In this document: in pieces, positions 1-12,335 of the stretch
How the letters are laid out: every line of letters starts with the position of its first letter
How positions within the stretch are numbered: position 1 is the first letter of the stretch
Assembly (NCBI RefSeq): GCF_006345805.1
Contig: NC_043000.1
Coordinates: forward strand, 118,358,001 to 118,422,000
DNA length: 64,000 nucleotides
From: Octopus sinensis
Lineage: Eukaryota
Direction: 5' to 3'
The notes under the pieces: generated by a model
Database searches by the model: none
What the model was told of the DNA's origin: nothing
What the model saw: only the letters and a program-made list of their open reading frames with translations
Translations under genes and position numbers: made by a program

Positions 1-320
1 GCCCAAGGTACCAATTGAATCCAAACCGTATGATTTGGAAGCGAACTTTTTACCACACAGTCACGTGCTGTATGCGTTCATGAATTAGTACAAAGGTACT
101 CAATTACGATAATATGTACTTGCAAATTTTTAATCAATGGAACCCAATCCTAGTTTCCAGTTCAATAACCATGAAAATTACAAATACTCTGAACTACTTC
201 CGTTCGATGAAACTAGTGTCATTTTGTTTTCTATATTCAACCGATCGCAGGTGTTTATTATCTTTTTTTGTTTTTATCAAAATGAAGATTTACCTTACTA
301 ATATTAATATATCTAAGTTA

Positions 321-555
321 AGGCGGCGAGCTGGCAGAATTGTTAGCACGCCGGGCGAAATGCTCAGTGGTATTTCGTCTGCCGCTACGTTCTGAGTTCA
401 AATTCCGCCGAGGTCCACTTTGCCTGTCATCCTTCGGGGTCGATTAAATAAGTACCAGTTATGCACTGGGGTCGATATAATCGACTTAATCTGTTTGTCT
501 GTCCTTGTTTGTCTTCTCTGTGTTTAGCTCCTTGTGGGTAGTAGAGAAATAGGTA
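321..555 (+). mobile_element. tRNA-derived SINE family A (monomer)
   Basis: A box TGGCAGAATTGTTAG, B box GAGTTCAAATTC, TSD ATCTAAGTT. Other copies at 3355-3567(-), 6760-7470(+), 13355-13580(-), 21930-22135(+), 49370-49590(+), 49597-49810(+) and 56868-56965(+, partial). Confidence 0.9.
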
Positions 556-559
556 ATCT

Positions 560-1560
560 AAGTTTTCAGTGGCCAGGGTGTAGCTCTGGTGGCAACAGTA
601 AGACATGCCAGCTTTCCTGCCGACGGATGCTGCAGACTGGTGGAATATGTGTGATTTCTCACGGAGGCAAAATTGGCAATTACGAGGCTCTCTATTAAGG
701 ATGTGGTGCTGGGGGTTTTGTTTCTCTAATCTCGAAGTTTCCAGACAAAGCGAGACATGGAGGTAGATGTTTTTCTGTTCTACATCAGAAGAAAAGCATG
801 TGTTTCGTGTATCTTCCTTTAAAGATATTGGCTGTTATGCCTGTATGGTGTCTCGTGGTGGTAGCTTTATAGGAAAAAGCTTTTGAGGATCTTGCCAATG
901 GGTGGTTGATAGGGTGTCGGTTAAGTGTCGGTAATTATTAGTTGCAGTGTAGGGTGAAGATTGTATGGGGATGAATTTGCTTCTGTTATTGCACTCAACT
1001 TCAAAGATTATAAGAATTAAAGTGTTTAAGATATCTGTGCTGTCCGATCCTATCTAATCAGCGTCAGGAAGCTCCTAGCTATATTTGTAGAAACATCTGA
1101 TTGAATGGAAAATTAAACTTGATTGCTTTTCACTCTCTAAATCTCTTAACGTTTGAGATGAGCATTCTCCATATACACTAACTTATCAGTAAAACCACTC
1201 CTCACAAGTGCCTCATTATTGTTGCATACCACACATAAATTCAAGCCTCTGCTGCTGATACTTGTGACTAGGTTTCTAATTACAGCTGGGGATGGGAGCC
1301 TATGAATACTAGAACTTTCATCGTTCAGCTTTTCGTAAGGATATCACTTGCTTGTCTCGATGTCTAGAGTTAGGCCCAGGAAATTCACTTTTACTATAGT
1401 GGTGGAAGAAGAGCAAGGCCGAATTCTTTGTCGATATTTATAAGTTTCTCTCTCAGTTCATCCGTAGTGTGGTTGTTTATATGACTAGAGATTACCATCA
1501 GCTATCTGCGGATAGCTTTTTAGCGGATGTAGGATAAATAATCCGACCTACCCTATATGA
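560..1560 (-). mobile_element. Degenerate Penelope-like retroelement (RT C-terminus plus GIY-YIG endonuclease; Naiad-like motifs)
   Basis: Minus-strand translation with stops and frameshifts gives KVNFLGLTLD, HPPAVIRNLVTSISSR, DVSTNIARSFLTLI, YKATT..HTGITANIFKGRY..H, TSTSMSRFVWKLRD, NCQFCLREK. Confidence 0.8.
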
Positions 1561-1968
1561 TCCCCCTATCCTGGGTTGCAGAAAGGAGACAACCTTCAAA
1601 GAAATCCGGAGTGGAGCCCCGTAAGCGGTTTAGTGTTCGACTCGACACTCTTCCGGCAGCTCCTGCAACCAAGCTGGTGCCAAACATAATGCTCTGCACT
1701 CCTTTGGACTACGTCAGCAAGGTCGAGAGAGGAATCCTGATGACTGGGCTACCCAGGATTTTCTTACATCTAGCCCAGGCCTGCGCAAAACTGGAGAGGA
1801 AACTGGAGGGGACATGAAATGTAAAAGCCAGGCAGGATTAGTCTGGTTTAGTGTTTGTAATTTCCATTGTCTCCCGAGACAAAAGGATGCCCACAACAAC
1901 ATTTTATTCACGATTTTCCTGTTATTTTTTTATTGGTGGTGGTGGTGGTGGTGGTGGTGGTAAGACGT

Positions 1969-2385
1969 ACTCTTTTACCCTTTTACTTGTTTCAGTCATT
2001 TGACTGTGGCCATGCAGGAGCACCGCCTTTAGTCGAGCAAATCGACCCCAGGACTTATTCTTTGTAAGCCTAGTACTTATTCTATCGGTCTCTTTTGTCG
2101 AACCGCTAAGTTACAAGGACATAAATACTACAGCATCGGTTGTCAAGCGATATTGGGGGAACAAACACAGACACACAAACACACACACACACACACACAT
2201 ACATATATATATACATATACACGACGGGCTTCTTTCAGTTTCTGTCTACCAAATCTACTCACAAGGCTTTGGTCGGCCCGAGGCTATAGCAGAATACACT
2301 TGCCCAAGATGCCACGCAATGGGACTGAACTCGGAACCATGTGGTTGGTAAGCAAGCAACTTACCACAAAGCCACCTCTGCGCCT
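1969..2385 (-). mobile_element. SINE family B
   Basis: Full-length reverse copy. Confidence 0.9.
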
Positions 2386-2882
2386 ATATATAGGCGTAGT
2401 ATATATTCTTTTTGTAAGATGATAGTATGTGGTTTGAAGGAGAAGTCAAGTTTCCACAAAGGGGCTACATCGTTAGCTTGTTATTAATGCCAGTCATAAT
2501 TTATGACGAATCCAATTTGCGAGCTTAGCTACAGTTGTGTCGTTTAGAAGTTCGCCTTTCAACTTCGTGGTTTCACGTCTAATTCCACAACGCATTTAGA
2601 CTGGGAATATGTTTTCTAACTTAAACTTGGGTCTACCAAGACCTTGTGAATGACGATAGTGGAAATCTGTTTGGAAGTGTATTAGAAGAATTACTCTTTC
2701 TTTTTGACGGTAGACTTAAATCATCGAACGGTTTAACATTCCCACCTGTTGGGGTACCTTTAACAGAATCCGTTCTGTTTCAAGCATTCGGACCAAGTCT
2801 CCGGGTCTTGACATGCAAGCAATGTTGGAGGCCCTGAAAATGTTGGAAATGATGGAATCCGTTTTTCCGCCGACTAAACGAC

Positions 2883-2974
<92 letters not shown>

Positions 2975-2976
<2 letters not shown>

Positions 2977-3327
2977 GATCATAGATATAGCATGCCCAGC
3001 TGACAACAAGGTATGCGATCAGGAAGAAAGAAAAGTCGATAGATATGACGGGTTAGCTTGGAAGGTTAAGCAGTTGTGGTTGATGCAAAAAGTGGTAGTA
3101 ATACCAATAATTGTCGGAGCCCTGGGAACAGTGAGTAAAAATCTCGAGAAGTACATGGAACAAATAGGGGCTGCAATAAGAGTGGAGCACTTGCAGAAAA
3201 CAGAACTGCTTGGAACCGCTCAAATACTCCAGAAGGTGCTCGAAAAATAAGAGGTGTTACATTAGTTGACTGGTAGTGAACAGCTGACACCGTAGTACAT
3301 CTCCAGCATTAGAAGCTGTGCAAAGGC
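2975..3327 (+). mobile_element. 5'-truncated RLE-type LINE (R4/Dong-like) 3' end between (AAT)n tracts
   Basis: Open frame 2975-3250: WIIDIACPADNKV...VIPIIVGALGTVSKNL...LQKTELLGTAQILQKVLEK*. (AAT)n at 2883-2974 and 3328-3354. Confidence 0.85.
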
Positions 3328-3821
3328 AATAATAATAACAATAATAATAATAATGGTTTCAAATTTTGCCACAAGAGCAGCAATTTTGAGGCAAGGGATA
3401 AGTCGATTTTATCGATCTCGATGTTTCACTGGTATTTAATTTATCGATCCCGAAAGGATGAAAGGCAAACTCGACCTCGGCAGAATTTGAACTCAGAATG
3501 TAAAGACGGACGAAAAGCCGCTAAGTATTTGTTCTAGCGTGCTAACGATTCTGCCAACTCGACACCTTTATAATGATAATAATAATAATAACATTAGAAG
3601 AGATGTATGGGAGCGACGCCTATTCTGTAAGTTTTTCGAAGGAAAAAATATGTTTCGTAATTATTTTCTTAAATATATGGTGTGTATGATATATTGAGTA
3701 ATTCTTGTTCGAATTCAAAATCACTAGGACATAGTGATGATAAGGAATCGAAGAACTTTGCAGAGTTAAGCAAATAAAGAAGAGGGTACAGAAATTATGC
3801 TTTCTCCACACTACACCGTAA

Positions 3822-4048
3822 GAAGGCCCGGTTTCCCCGTTTCTCCCATTTCTCTGGCGTATATGCTCCACCCTGGACGGGACGCCAGTCCACCGCAGGA
3901 TTAGTTAATTTTACCAACTGACTGGAAAGGAGCAACTTGAAATGAAGAGTTTTTCTCAAGATCACAACACATCGCCTGGTCCAGGAATCGAAGCCACAAT
4001 CTTACGATCAGAATTTCAATACCTTAACCACTAAGCCATGTGCCTCCA
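3822..4048 (-). mobile_element. tRNA-derived SINE family D
   Basis: Head GGCACATGGCTTAGTGGTTAAGG...GGCTTCGATTCC; shares the GGGACGCC.GTCC and CCGGTTTCCC tail with family C. Other copies at 46785-47045(-), 14113-14250(+), 34760-34955(-) and 43737-43960(+). Confidence 0.8.
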
Positions 4049-4378
4049 CGTACAGAGATTTTTGTTTGTTGTTTGTTGTTTATTCCTTCTCGAACTACGC
4101 CTGGCTCATAAGGGCCGGTTTCCCGGTTTCTTTCGCTTATAGGTTCCCCACCTGGATGGGACGCCGGTCCTTCGCAGGTGAGCTGCAAAATGCAGGAGGA
4201 AAGAGTAAGAGAAAGTTGTGGCGAAAAAGTCAGCAGAAGTTCGCCATTACCTTCTGCCGGAGCTGCGTGGAGCTTAGGTGTTTCGCTCATAAACACACAC
4301 ATCGCCCGGTCTGAGATTCGAATCCGCGATCCTTCGATCGCGTGTCCGCTGCTCTAACCACTATACCATGTGCCTCTA
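4049..4378 (-). mobile_element. tRNA-derived SINE family C
   Basis: Head GGCACATGGTATAGTGGTTAGAGCAGCGGAC...GATTCGAATCTC; tail GAAACCGGGAAACCGGCCC plus (AAAC)n. A related head at 57275-57645(+). Confidence 0.8.
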
Positions 4379-4767
4379 CACAGAAATTGTACACAAGTTA
4401 AATATCTTTGCAGCTAAAGATTAAGTCACAAGTCAAATGTACGCTTGAAGCGATATGCACCATTGATGAAGTCACGAGTGGCGACGAAATGACTTTGAAA
4501 AGCCTAACTGGTTGATTGATTGACCGATCAATTAATCGAAGAATTGATTAGTTAATTGGTTAAGTAATGTTATGTCCCAGTGGCGATATTGTCCAAACCC
4601 TCATCGCCACTGATGTGTCCGATGATGACGTCGTATTTCGTCGTCCCTACGGGACTGGTCCAAACGACATTAATCCAAACATAGACAAAGAGAAAATACA
4701 ACAACGCGAGGACGTGGAACAAGTACAGTGTTATTGGACGCCCAGGAAAGGAAAGAAAGAAGGAAGA

Positions 4768-4800
4768 TTTAACGTTTCGAGCGGAGCTCTTCGTCAGAAA
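4768..4800 (-). ncRNA. Minimal type I hammerhead ribozyme motif
   Basis: TTT CTGACGA A GAGC-TCC-GCTC GAAACGTT^AAA: canonical core, stem I TTT/AAA, stem II 4 bp, palindromic AACGTT stem III. Confidence 0.7.
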
Positions 4801-5524
4801 CATAGGAAAAGGAAAGATCCAAAGAAGGGAAGACGGAGAAAGAAAATCGCCAATGATACACACGCGGTCACATGTATATATTCACATGCACAATGGGCTA
4901 CTACACTGGTTTTGTCTACCAAATTCACACTCACAAGCCACTAGTTGTTCCGGAACTATAGTAGTGGACATCTGCCTTGCCCTTGGTGCAGCAGAATGGG
5001 ACTAGAACTAGAAACCACATTTTACTCTGAGAACTCCGGGTGCGAACAACTTTCATGGTTTGTCTTCGAAATGCCAACGAAAACATCCTTCAATGTGAAC
5101 ATAGTAGCTATTCAGCACCAACAACACAAAAACAATTGCTTCACATGTCATTAGTACGACAATCTTTCTATACATAAACAACATAGAAATAAACTGCAAA
5201 ATCGCTACAAATTCCGAGTCTCATAATTTTCTTACCTCCTAGAAAATACTTCGGTTTTAATTAGTTGCTAACCTTCTACAAAACTCAGTTATGACCTATT
5301 TTGGAGATGTGCTCGCATATTTAGGATAACGCTGTAGCTGTTACTCACACAATCACATGCGCCATATCCGAATCGAAACCGTCCCCTGAACTGGCAACGG
5401 TTTAGCCAAGAGCATGTTAAAACTTCTAGCTCACCTATATGCTGTTTATTCTTTACCCCTTCTGCAATTACTTCAACGACATCTAATCACCGCTCTTCTT
5501 AGACTAAAATGTTGTATACTTTCT

Positions 5525-5940
5525 TATTTCTTTATTGTCCACAAGGGGCTAAACATAGAGAGGACAAACAAGGGCAGACAATCGGATTAAGTCGATTACA
5601 TCGACCCCAGTGCGTAACTAGTACTTAATTTATCGACCCTGAAAGAATGAAAGGCAAAGTCGACCTCGGCGGAATTTGAACTCAGAACGTCGCGGCAGAC
5701 GAAATACCTATTTCATTACTACCCACAAGGGGCTAAACACAGAGAGGACAAACAAGGACAGACAAATAGATTAAGTCGATTACATCGACCCCAGTGCGTA
5801 ACTGATACTTATTTAATCGACCCCGAAAGGATGAAAGGCAAAGTCGACCTCGGCGGAATTTGAACTCAGAACGTAACGGCAGACGAAATACGGCTACGCA
5901 TTTCGCCCGGCGTGCTAACGTTTCTGCCAGTTCGCCTCCG
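5525..5940 (-). mobile_element. SINE family A head-to-tail dimer
   Basis: Two units inside one perfect 17-bp TSD AATGTTGTATACTTTCT (5508-5524 and 5941-5957). Confidence 0.92.
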
Positions 5941-6932
5941 AATGTTGTATACTTTCTCAATACAGAATCAATCAATACAGTCTCTCTTCTTTTCCTCACC
6001 AATGCAATATCAGAATCTTAGATCCCTCGCTAAATGGTTTGAATATCACACCCTACGAAAACAATCCTTTGAAATTTCATACCCTGAGATTTTCTTTCAG
6101 AAAATAGTCCACGCATTTTCAACATGATTATAAACTGCTTATATTGTGCTAGTTTAGGCATGGCGCATTAATAGGCATTGCCTTTTTTATCACAATAACT
6201 TAAAAAGAAACCCTACCCTGCTTGTTACTGATATGAAAAGTGTCCAGTTGTATATAGATGTATTCTAGATACTTTAAACTAAGTTTTGTCGGTAAAATAT
6301 ACGGAAAATTCAATTGATGACTCCAAACTAATGGAAGAACATGAGAGGTTTGAGGACTTAGCAAACATGACGAGTAATATCTAAGAAAGAAATAACAATA
6401 ATATCCAGAAGATAATCGATTCCGTTTTGATCCGTTAATATTGATAATTAATAGAAATAACAATCCAACATAGAGAAACAAGACTATGTAACATCCATGC
6501 AATCATAAAAGGCATTTGTGAAATTAGCAAAGCTATAACTAGAAATTGAAACATGATCTCCTCCGGGGCCTTAATTATGATACTCATTAAAGATTTAGGA
6601 GCTATTTAAGAGAAATTCGTTCTCTTGATATTCCAAAGTCTTCTGTTTTCTCTGTTATCAATTTATTGCTATGCGTGTTGTTAGATTACTTCCTTTTTGT
6701 TTGTCAAGATGTTTTTACTCTTTGCGCCATATTTCTCTAGCCTTACTTCAGACGTCATGGAGGCAGCGAGCTGGCAGATACGTTGGCGTGTCGGACAAAA
6801 CGCTCAGTGGCATTACTTCTGAATCTGTATGTTCTGAGTTCAAATACTGCTGAGTTCGACTTTGCTCTACGTCCTTTAGGAGTTGATAAAATAAAGTACC
6901 AGTCATGTATTGGAGTCGATGTAATAAAGTTG

Positions 6933-7380
6933 GGATCTTTTCGGTTTGACCGGCAGTTTTTTTAAATAACTTCCACGTAACTAAACACTTTTAAACTTCG
7001 TATACTGGTAGAATGTGTTTATAAAACATCTTTTTCTCTTGGCTTTATTGAGAAAATTCTATGGTTTGTAAGATATTTGTTGTTATTTTTTCCATCAATT
7101 TCTGCAATTTCAACCAATCAATGACGTCTATTGAGGTGAAAATATTCTGTGCCGTATGAATATGTTCCTCGTTTAAGAAACAGATTGGGTTTATTTACAT
7201 TTCTGAAGAAAAAAAGATACCATTCCCCCAACCCTAACCCTTACCCTAACCCTTACCCTAACCCTAACCCTAACCCTAAAACAGATTGAAATGCAATAGA
7301 TCGATATTAGGGTCATAATTATGGGTGACAATTTCATATGATACCGCTAGAAAAAACTGCCGTTCAAACCGAAAAGATCC
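6933..7380 (+). mobile_element. Merlin-like MITE with internal (CCCTAA/CCCTTA)n
   Basis: About 30-bp TIRs GGATCTTTTCGGTTTGA(C/A)CGGCAGTTTTTT; 8 telomere-like units at about 7232-7279; inserted in a family A SINE. Confidence 0.8.
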
Positions 7381-8052
7381 CAGTCTTGTATTGCGGTCGA
7401 TGTAATAAAGTTGCTTTCCCCCTTCAAAATCGCTGGTCTTGTGCTAATATTACAACGAATATCTGAGGCATTCTGCTCATCGTTGTTATATAGTTTTTAT
7501 TGTTTCCGTCATTATAATTCCATAGAATTTTTATTATTGTTTCAAGTAGATTTTAATGAGATTTCAAATTCTAACATTAAATTATGAATAAATGTAATAT
7601 TCAGCGCTTTCCTGTAGCCAAGCTTGTTTCTAACACTATTGTAACTAACATGATTTATAATAGCAATAGTATAACTGTTGCTGTACTGCCATTAGTAATG
7701 CTAAATATTTTAATAATGCAGTTTAATTTATGAAATATCGTCATTTTATTTCTCTGAGTAAATAAGTTTCCATTGTTGTTACTAGTTATTGCTTTTTTTC
7801 TTACATTTCCTTAATTCCGCTGCTATCCCAATTAAGGTAACTCCACAATGTGATCAAATAAATATTTTCCTATGTGTTTGTTCAATTGTTTTATTGAAGG
7901 TTTCATTATTGTTTGTTTTGCTACTGTCATTAAATGCAGTGTCCGTTTTGTAGTTAGTGATTTCGTCACTGAGACTACGAGGTAGGTCAAACGATATTTC
8001 TTTTTGTTTACTTTTATTTACTTTAAAAAAAAAAGATTGTTCTTCTCTATAG

Positions 8053-8064
8053 GTGCTATGACAG
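8053..8064 (+). other. Candidate 12-nt 5'UTR microexon
   Basis: ttcttctctatag|GTGCTATGACAG|gtgagt; an upstream donor-like CGAG|gtaggt at 7982. Confidence 0.4.
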
Positions 8065-8202
8065 GTGAGTTACAGACCTAGTAAGAAATACAATGATTAA
8101 CAACTCACTTCACTGTGTATAGTATGGTTCACTTTTTGTTGGTAAATGTGAATGTTCTGTTTTACAAATTTGGCGTCTTCACTTTTGCTTTAATTTTGAC
8201 AG

Positions 8203-8360
8203 ATCTAGGCCATGATGCAAAAGTTAATTAGAAGCTTTACACAAGAAATCCAAACAGATACTCCTAAAATATATACAAAAATTTAAAACAAACAGACAAG
8301 CTTTTAATATTGAGATGAACTTTGAATGCTTTAACTTCACTACAGACAGCAAGAAGTTTG
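8203..8360 (+). other. Candidate 5'UTR exon of the SLCO gene
   Basis: Pyrimidine tract plus ttgacag| acceptor and TTTG|gtaagt donor. All three frames are closed near the 5' end, so it is non-coding. Linkage to the gene is inferred. Confidence 0.5.
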
Positions 8361-8908
8361 GTAAGTAATTTATAGTTTTACGACAATATATCACTTCGAT
8401 GTTTTATTTAGTATTATTCTGAACACAAAGCTTAAATAATAAATCTTAGACGTTTCTTTTCACTTTAAAACTGTATGCTGTTACGTTTAAGAAAATATAC
8501 AACGATATTGCCAAGCAAACAGCGTTAACTTGTATGCGGTGGCATAGTAACTATAAGAATTAGTATTATCACTTTAAATATATAATAATCATATATGCAA
8601 CACAAAAGAGGGTATATATGATTTTGAATATCTTAATATTTTCTCAAGTAGAGAGGGTCAATAAACAAACTTGCGAAAACTTTCAAGTGTTTCGTTCGCG
8701 TATATATTAATGACATGGCGCCTTTTTGTTTCAATATGCAACGTAAAGAGAAATTTTGTGAAGAGAAAGCAAAAAAACAAAAAAAACAGAGCTAATCAAA
8801 TATTGTTGTGTTCCTTAATAGGTGCATTTTAGTTATTGTATATATATACATAAATTCGGTGTGTTGCGTTCCATTACTTAATAGATGACAAAATGTACCA
8901 TACAGTTT

Positions 8909-8971
<63 letters not shown>

Positions 8972-9014
8972 ACAAACATATAGATTTATTATATGTCTTG
9001 TATATGTATATGTA

Positions 9015-9055
<41 letters not shown>

Positions 9056-9842
9056 CTCTATATATATATATATGGAGAGAGAGAGAGAGAGAGAGAGAGT
9101 GAGAGAGAGAGATACTTACATACATACCTATATATATATATATTATATATATATATATAATATATATATAATATATATATATACATATACAAGACATATA
9201 ATAAATCTATATGTATATATATATAATACGCATACATATTATTTGTATAATATAAACTCATATATTTTACACATACGTTCACATGCACGATTTAAATTTG
9301 CATGTATAATGTATGCACATAAATGCAGGGATATATTTATGTATGTATGAATGTATGTTTGTATGTATGTATGTATGTTTGTATGTAATGGCTCTCCTCC
9401 ACATCTTGTATAAGACTATGCTGCTACTCGTTGAAGTAAAACATTTATTTTTGAAGAAGCGTGTATGAGGCGAGTGTAATTGAGAAACTAGCAATCTTTA
9501 CCGAATTCTAAAGTACAATCAAGTGTCACGCCGTATTACCAAAATATCTGAATTACAACTCTGGTTCATCTAGCGAGTTTATACACACACCTTTTTCCTA
9601 GGATCGAAATCAGAACTCAGAGTATGGGAAAAGCACGTACCCAAGTTAATTCGAAGTGAGACATCATGCTTGTGAATCGAACTTAAACACTCGGCCTATA
9701 TTTGTGTGAGTGTTTGTATGTGTGTATGTGTTTCGTGTGTTTGTGTGTGTGTGTGCGGGTGTGAGTTCGCGTGTGTTTGCGAATGTACGTGTGTGTGTGT
9801 GTGTAGGAGTGTGTGTAGGTCATATATATATACATACAGGCG

Positions 9843-9900
<58 letters not shown>

Positions 9901-10013
9901 CACATACACACACATTAGCACACTGACGCACTCACATACACACACACACACAAATATGCACACACAAACACAATCGGACACAAATATAAGCGGATAGATA
10001 GCTATACAGATAA

Positions 10014-10044
<31 letters not shown>

Positions 10045-10071
10045 TAGATAGATATATAGATAGATAGACAG

Positions 10072-10144
<73 letters not shown>

Positions 10145-10185
10145 CAGATGGACAGACAGACAGACAGACAGACAGATAGACAGAC

Positions 10186-10216
<31 letters not shown>

Positions 10217-10218
<2 letters not shown>

Positions 10219-11281
10219 TGTTTCTTTATTAGCCACACAGGGCTGCACACAGATAGAACAAATTACAAGGTAGAGCTTTTCTTTTGAAGGTTTAAAAAAA
10301 AAAAAAATAATAATAATAATAAAAAATAAAATAAAATAAAAAAGGGGGGGTCGATCAAAAGGGATCGTAAAAGGAGAGAAAGAGGACAAAAAGGGGGGGT
10401 TAAAAAAAAAGGGGGAGAGGAAAAAAAATTGATCAATAGGGATCGTTATCACAGAAATGTCAATATGAAGTGTAAAGGGGAGGACAGGTGAGGTTTACCC
10501 GTGGAAGAAAAGCCTACGGAAAAGACCACGGTAACCTCGGTCAATGAAGTCACATGTTATATTTCTTTTTTTTTTTTTTTGCAAATAAGCAACTCTCTGT
10601 ATTAATTTTTACGGTTCATAGAATCATAGTCAAGGTGGCTTCGTCATTCATACGTGCCATCCTTGCTACATTCACCCATCTTTTTTTAAAACATTCACTA
10701 GACAAAACTTGCCTCTCTACTCTCACTTTTTTCTTCAAGTGATACTTGAAGAAGTTGATGAGAGATTGACCAGAGAGGAAAGTGTTTGTCTCTAATCCTT
10801 TCAGACGCGTCCACCAGATACATTCTTTCGCCATAGCCACAAGTATGATAAAAATAGCTCTTCCTTCCCGTTTGAAGGAAGGAGGCGTGACGATATTAAC
10901 GATAGACTCGGCGGATAAACCGACACGTCCCACACGTGACAGCAGTCGTTCGACATAAGCCCACAGGTGGGAAATTGCTGGACACTGCACGATTGCGTGC
11001 AGAGCGGTTTCGTCGCTCTGCCCGCATCTCGGGCAGGTCGGCCCCGTGTTTCTCGAGCCATGCCTATAGAGCTTATCCCGAACGGGTAGCGCTTCTCGGT
11101 AGCACCGCCAGGCCAGGGATCTCTGGAAGTTGTCCATAGGTCCCGGGCCGAAAGTCGTTTGAAACAGGCGGGTCAGGTATTCCTCGTCGACGCCCAGGTT
11201 TGCCCCGAGCTCGTCGTCGTACCTCCCCTCCACTAATCCCCTATAGAATGCTTTGGTTGTGTTGAAGTCACTCAAGGTCGA
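10217..11281 (-). mobile_element. 5'-truncated Tx1/L1-clade LINE (zf-RVT C-terminus plus 3'UTR) in (GATA)n
   Basis: ORF 10616-11275 has WRCYREALPVRDKL...CPRCGQSDETALHAIVQCP (CCHC zf-RVT). The 3'UTR ends ...GGCTAATAAAGAAACATA, and GATA/GACA repeats flank both sides. Confidence 0.88.
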
Positions 11282-11535
11282 CAGATAGATAGACAGATAG
11301 ATAGACAGATAGGCAGGCAGGCACAGTATGACATAATAGTGAAGATGCTCAGTTTTCGACTACGATATCCCGAGTTCGATCCTACTGTGCAGCATCTTGG
11401 ACAAATATTATTTTCTACAGCTTTTGAGGACCTTATACATCGCGATCGAAAGTCGGAAGAAGGAAACTGTAGAGATTCCATCAGGCGGATAGTGCTTGCT
11501 ATTGAAAGGTTTTGTTACATGCTGTACCACATTAA

Positions 11536-12036
11536 CCCCTTGCTTGCCATGAGCCCCATTTGTGGATCTGCTAAAAATAGTCTCACTGCCGGTTGTTGGT
11601 TGTATTTAAAGTCAATTGCTCATACACATTGCATTTGCAGAGGTGTGTTTGATAATATTTAGAAGTTAAAATTTGTCATTATTAGTTCTGGCTAATTCTA
11701 GAGGACATTTTACGTCACAAATCGAAATTTTTGAACTACAAAAATATTGACTGTTTAGAAAACGTTTTTTTTTAAATTTTGTTTTGCATTTTCCATCTGT
11801 ATTATTCTTTGATATTTCATACACATTCACATTTGATACTATAGTTTAAAAAAAACTAAAATGTTTATTATTGCAATTGAATAGAAAATGATAAATATGC
11901 TTTATTTCAGCCATTTGGGACTTTTTGAAAAGTTTATCATATTTAGAAAAAACTTTAAATACTATATATTATTTTAACTCCTAAGACAGCTGGTAAAGCC
12001 CAAAAATATGAATTAAAAAATTTGGCAGTTAAAGGG
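11536..12036. mobile_element. piggyBac-like MITE
   Basis: TTAA|CCCCTTGCTTGCCA ... TGGCAGTTAAAGGG|TGAA; imperfect TIRs and a TTAA-type target. Confidence 0.5.
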
Positions 12037-12182
12037 TGAAAGGTATACGCGTCCTAACTCTGTGAGAGAGCCGTAGGATCGGATGGCCTTCCTCATTTTA
12101 AACCTAGTGAACCTTATCTCATTCCATGTAAGAGTACATTTTCTGAGAAAATCTGTGTGTGTGTGTGTGTGTGTGTATCTGT

Positions 12183-12234
<52 letters not shown>

Positions 12235-12335
12235 AGGAACATGTAGAATCGACTCCAGTATTTGACTAGCGATTTATTGATATATCGATCTCGGAAGAAT
12301 GAAAAGCAGGGATGGCCGCGAGTCTATGTTAAACC

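Noticed and set aside
560-1000. Selenocysteine recoding in the Naiad-like element
   Set aside because: The copy is riddled with stops and frameshifts, so UGA codons cannot be interpreted.
4567-4944. 125-aa ORF
   Set aside because: It has no recognisable domain and overlaps a purine-rich hammerhead-bearing repeat and a degenerate SINE.
7232-7279. (CCCTAA)n as a telomere or fusion site
   Set aside because: It is short and internal to a TIR-bounded MITE that recurs at 15067.
8893-10452. Many 60-210 aa ORFs ([16 protein letters not shown])
   Set aside because: They are translations of (TA)n, (CA)n and (GATA)n microsatellites. The same applies to similar ORFs throughout the window.
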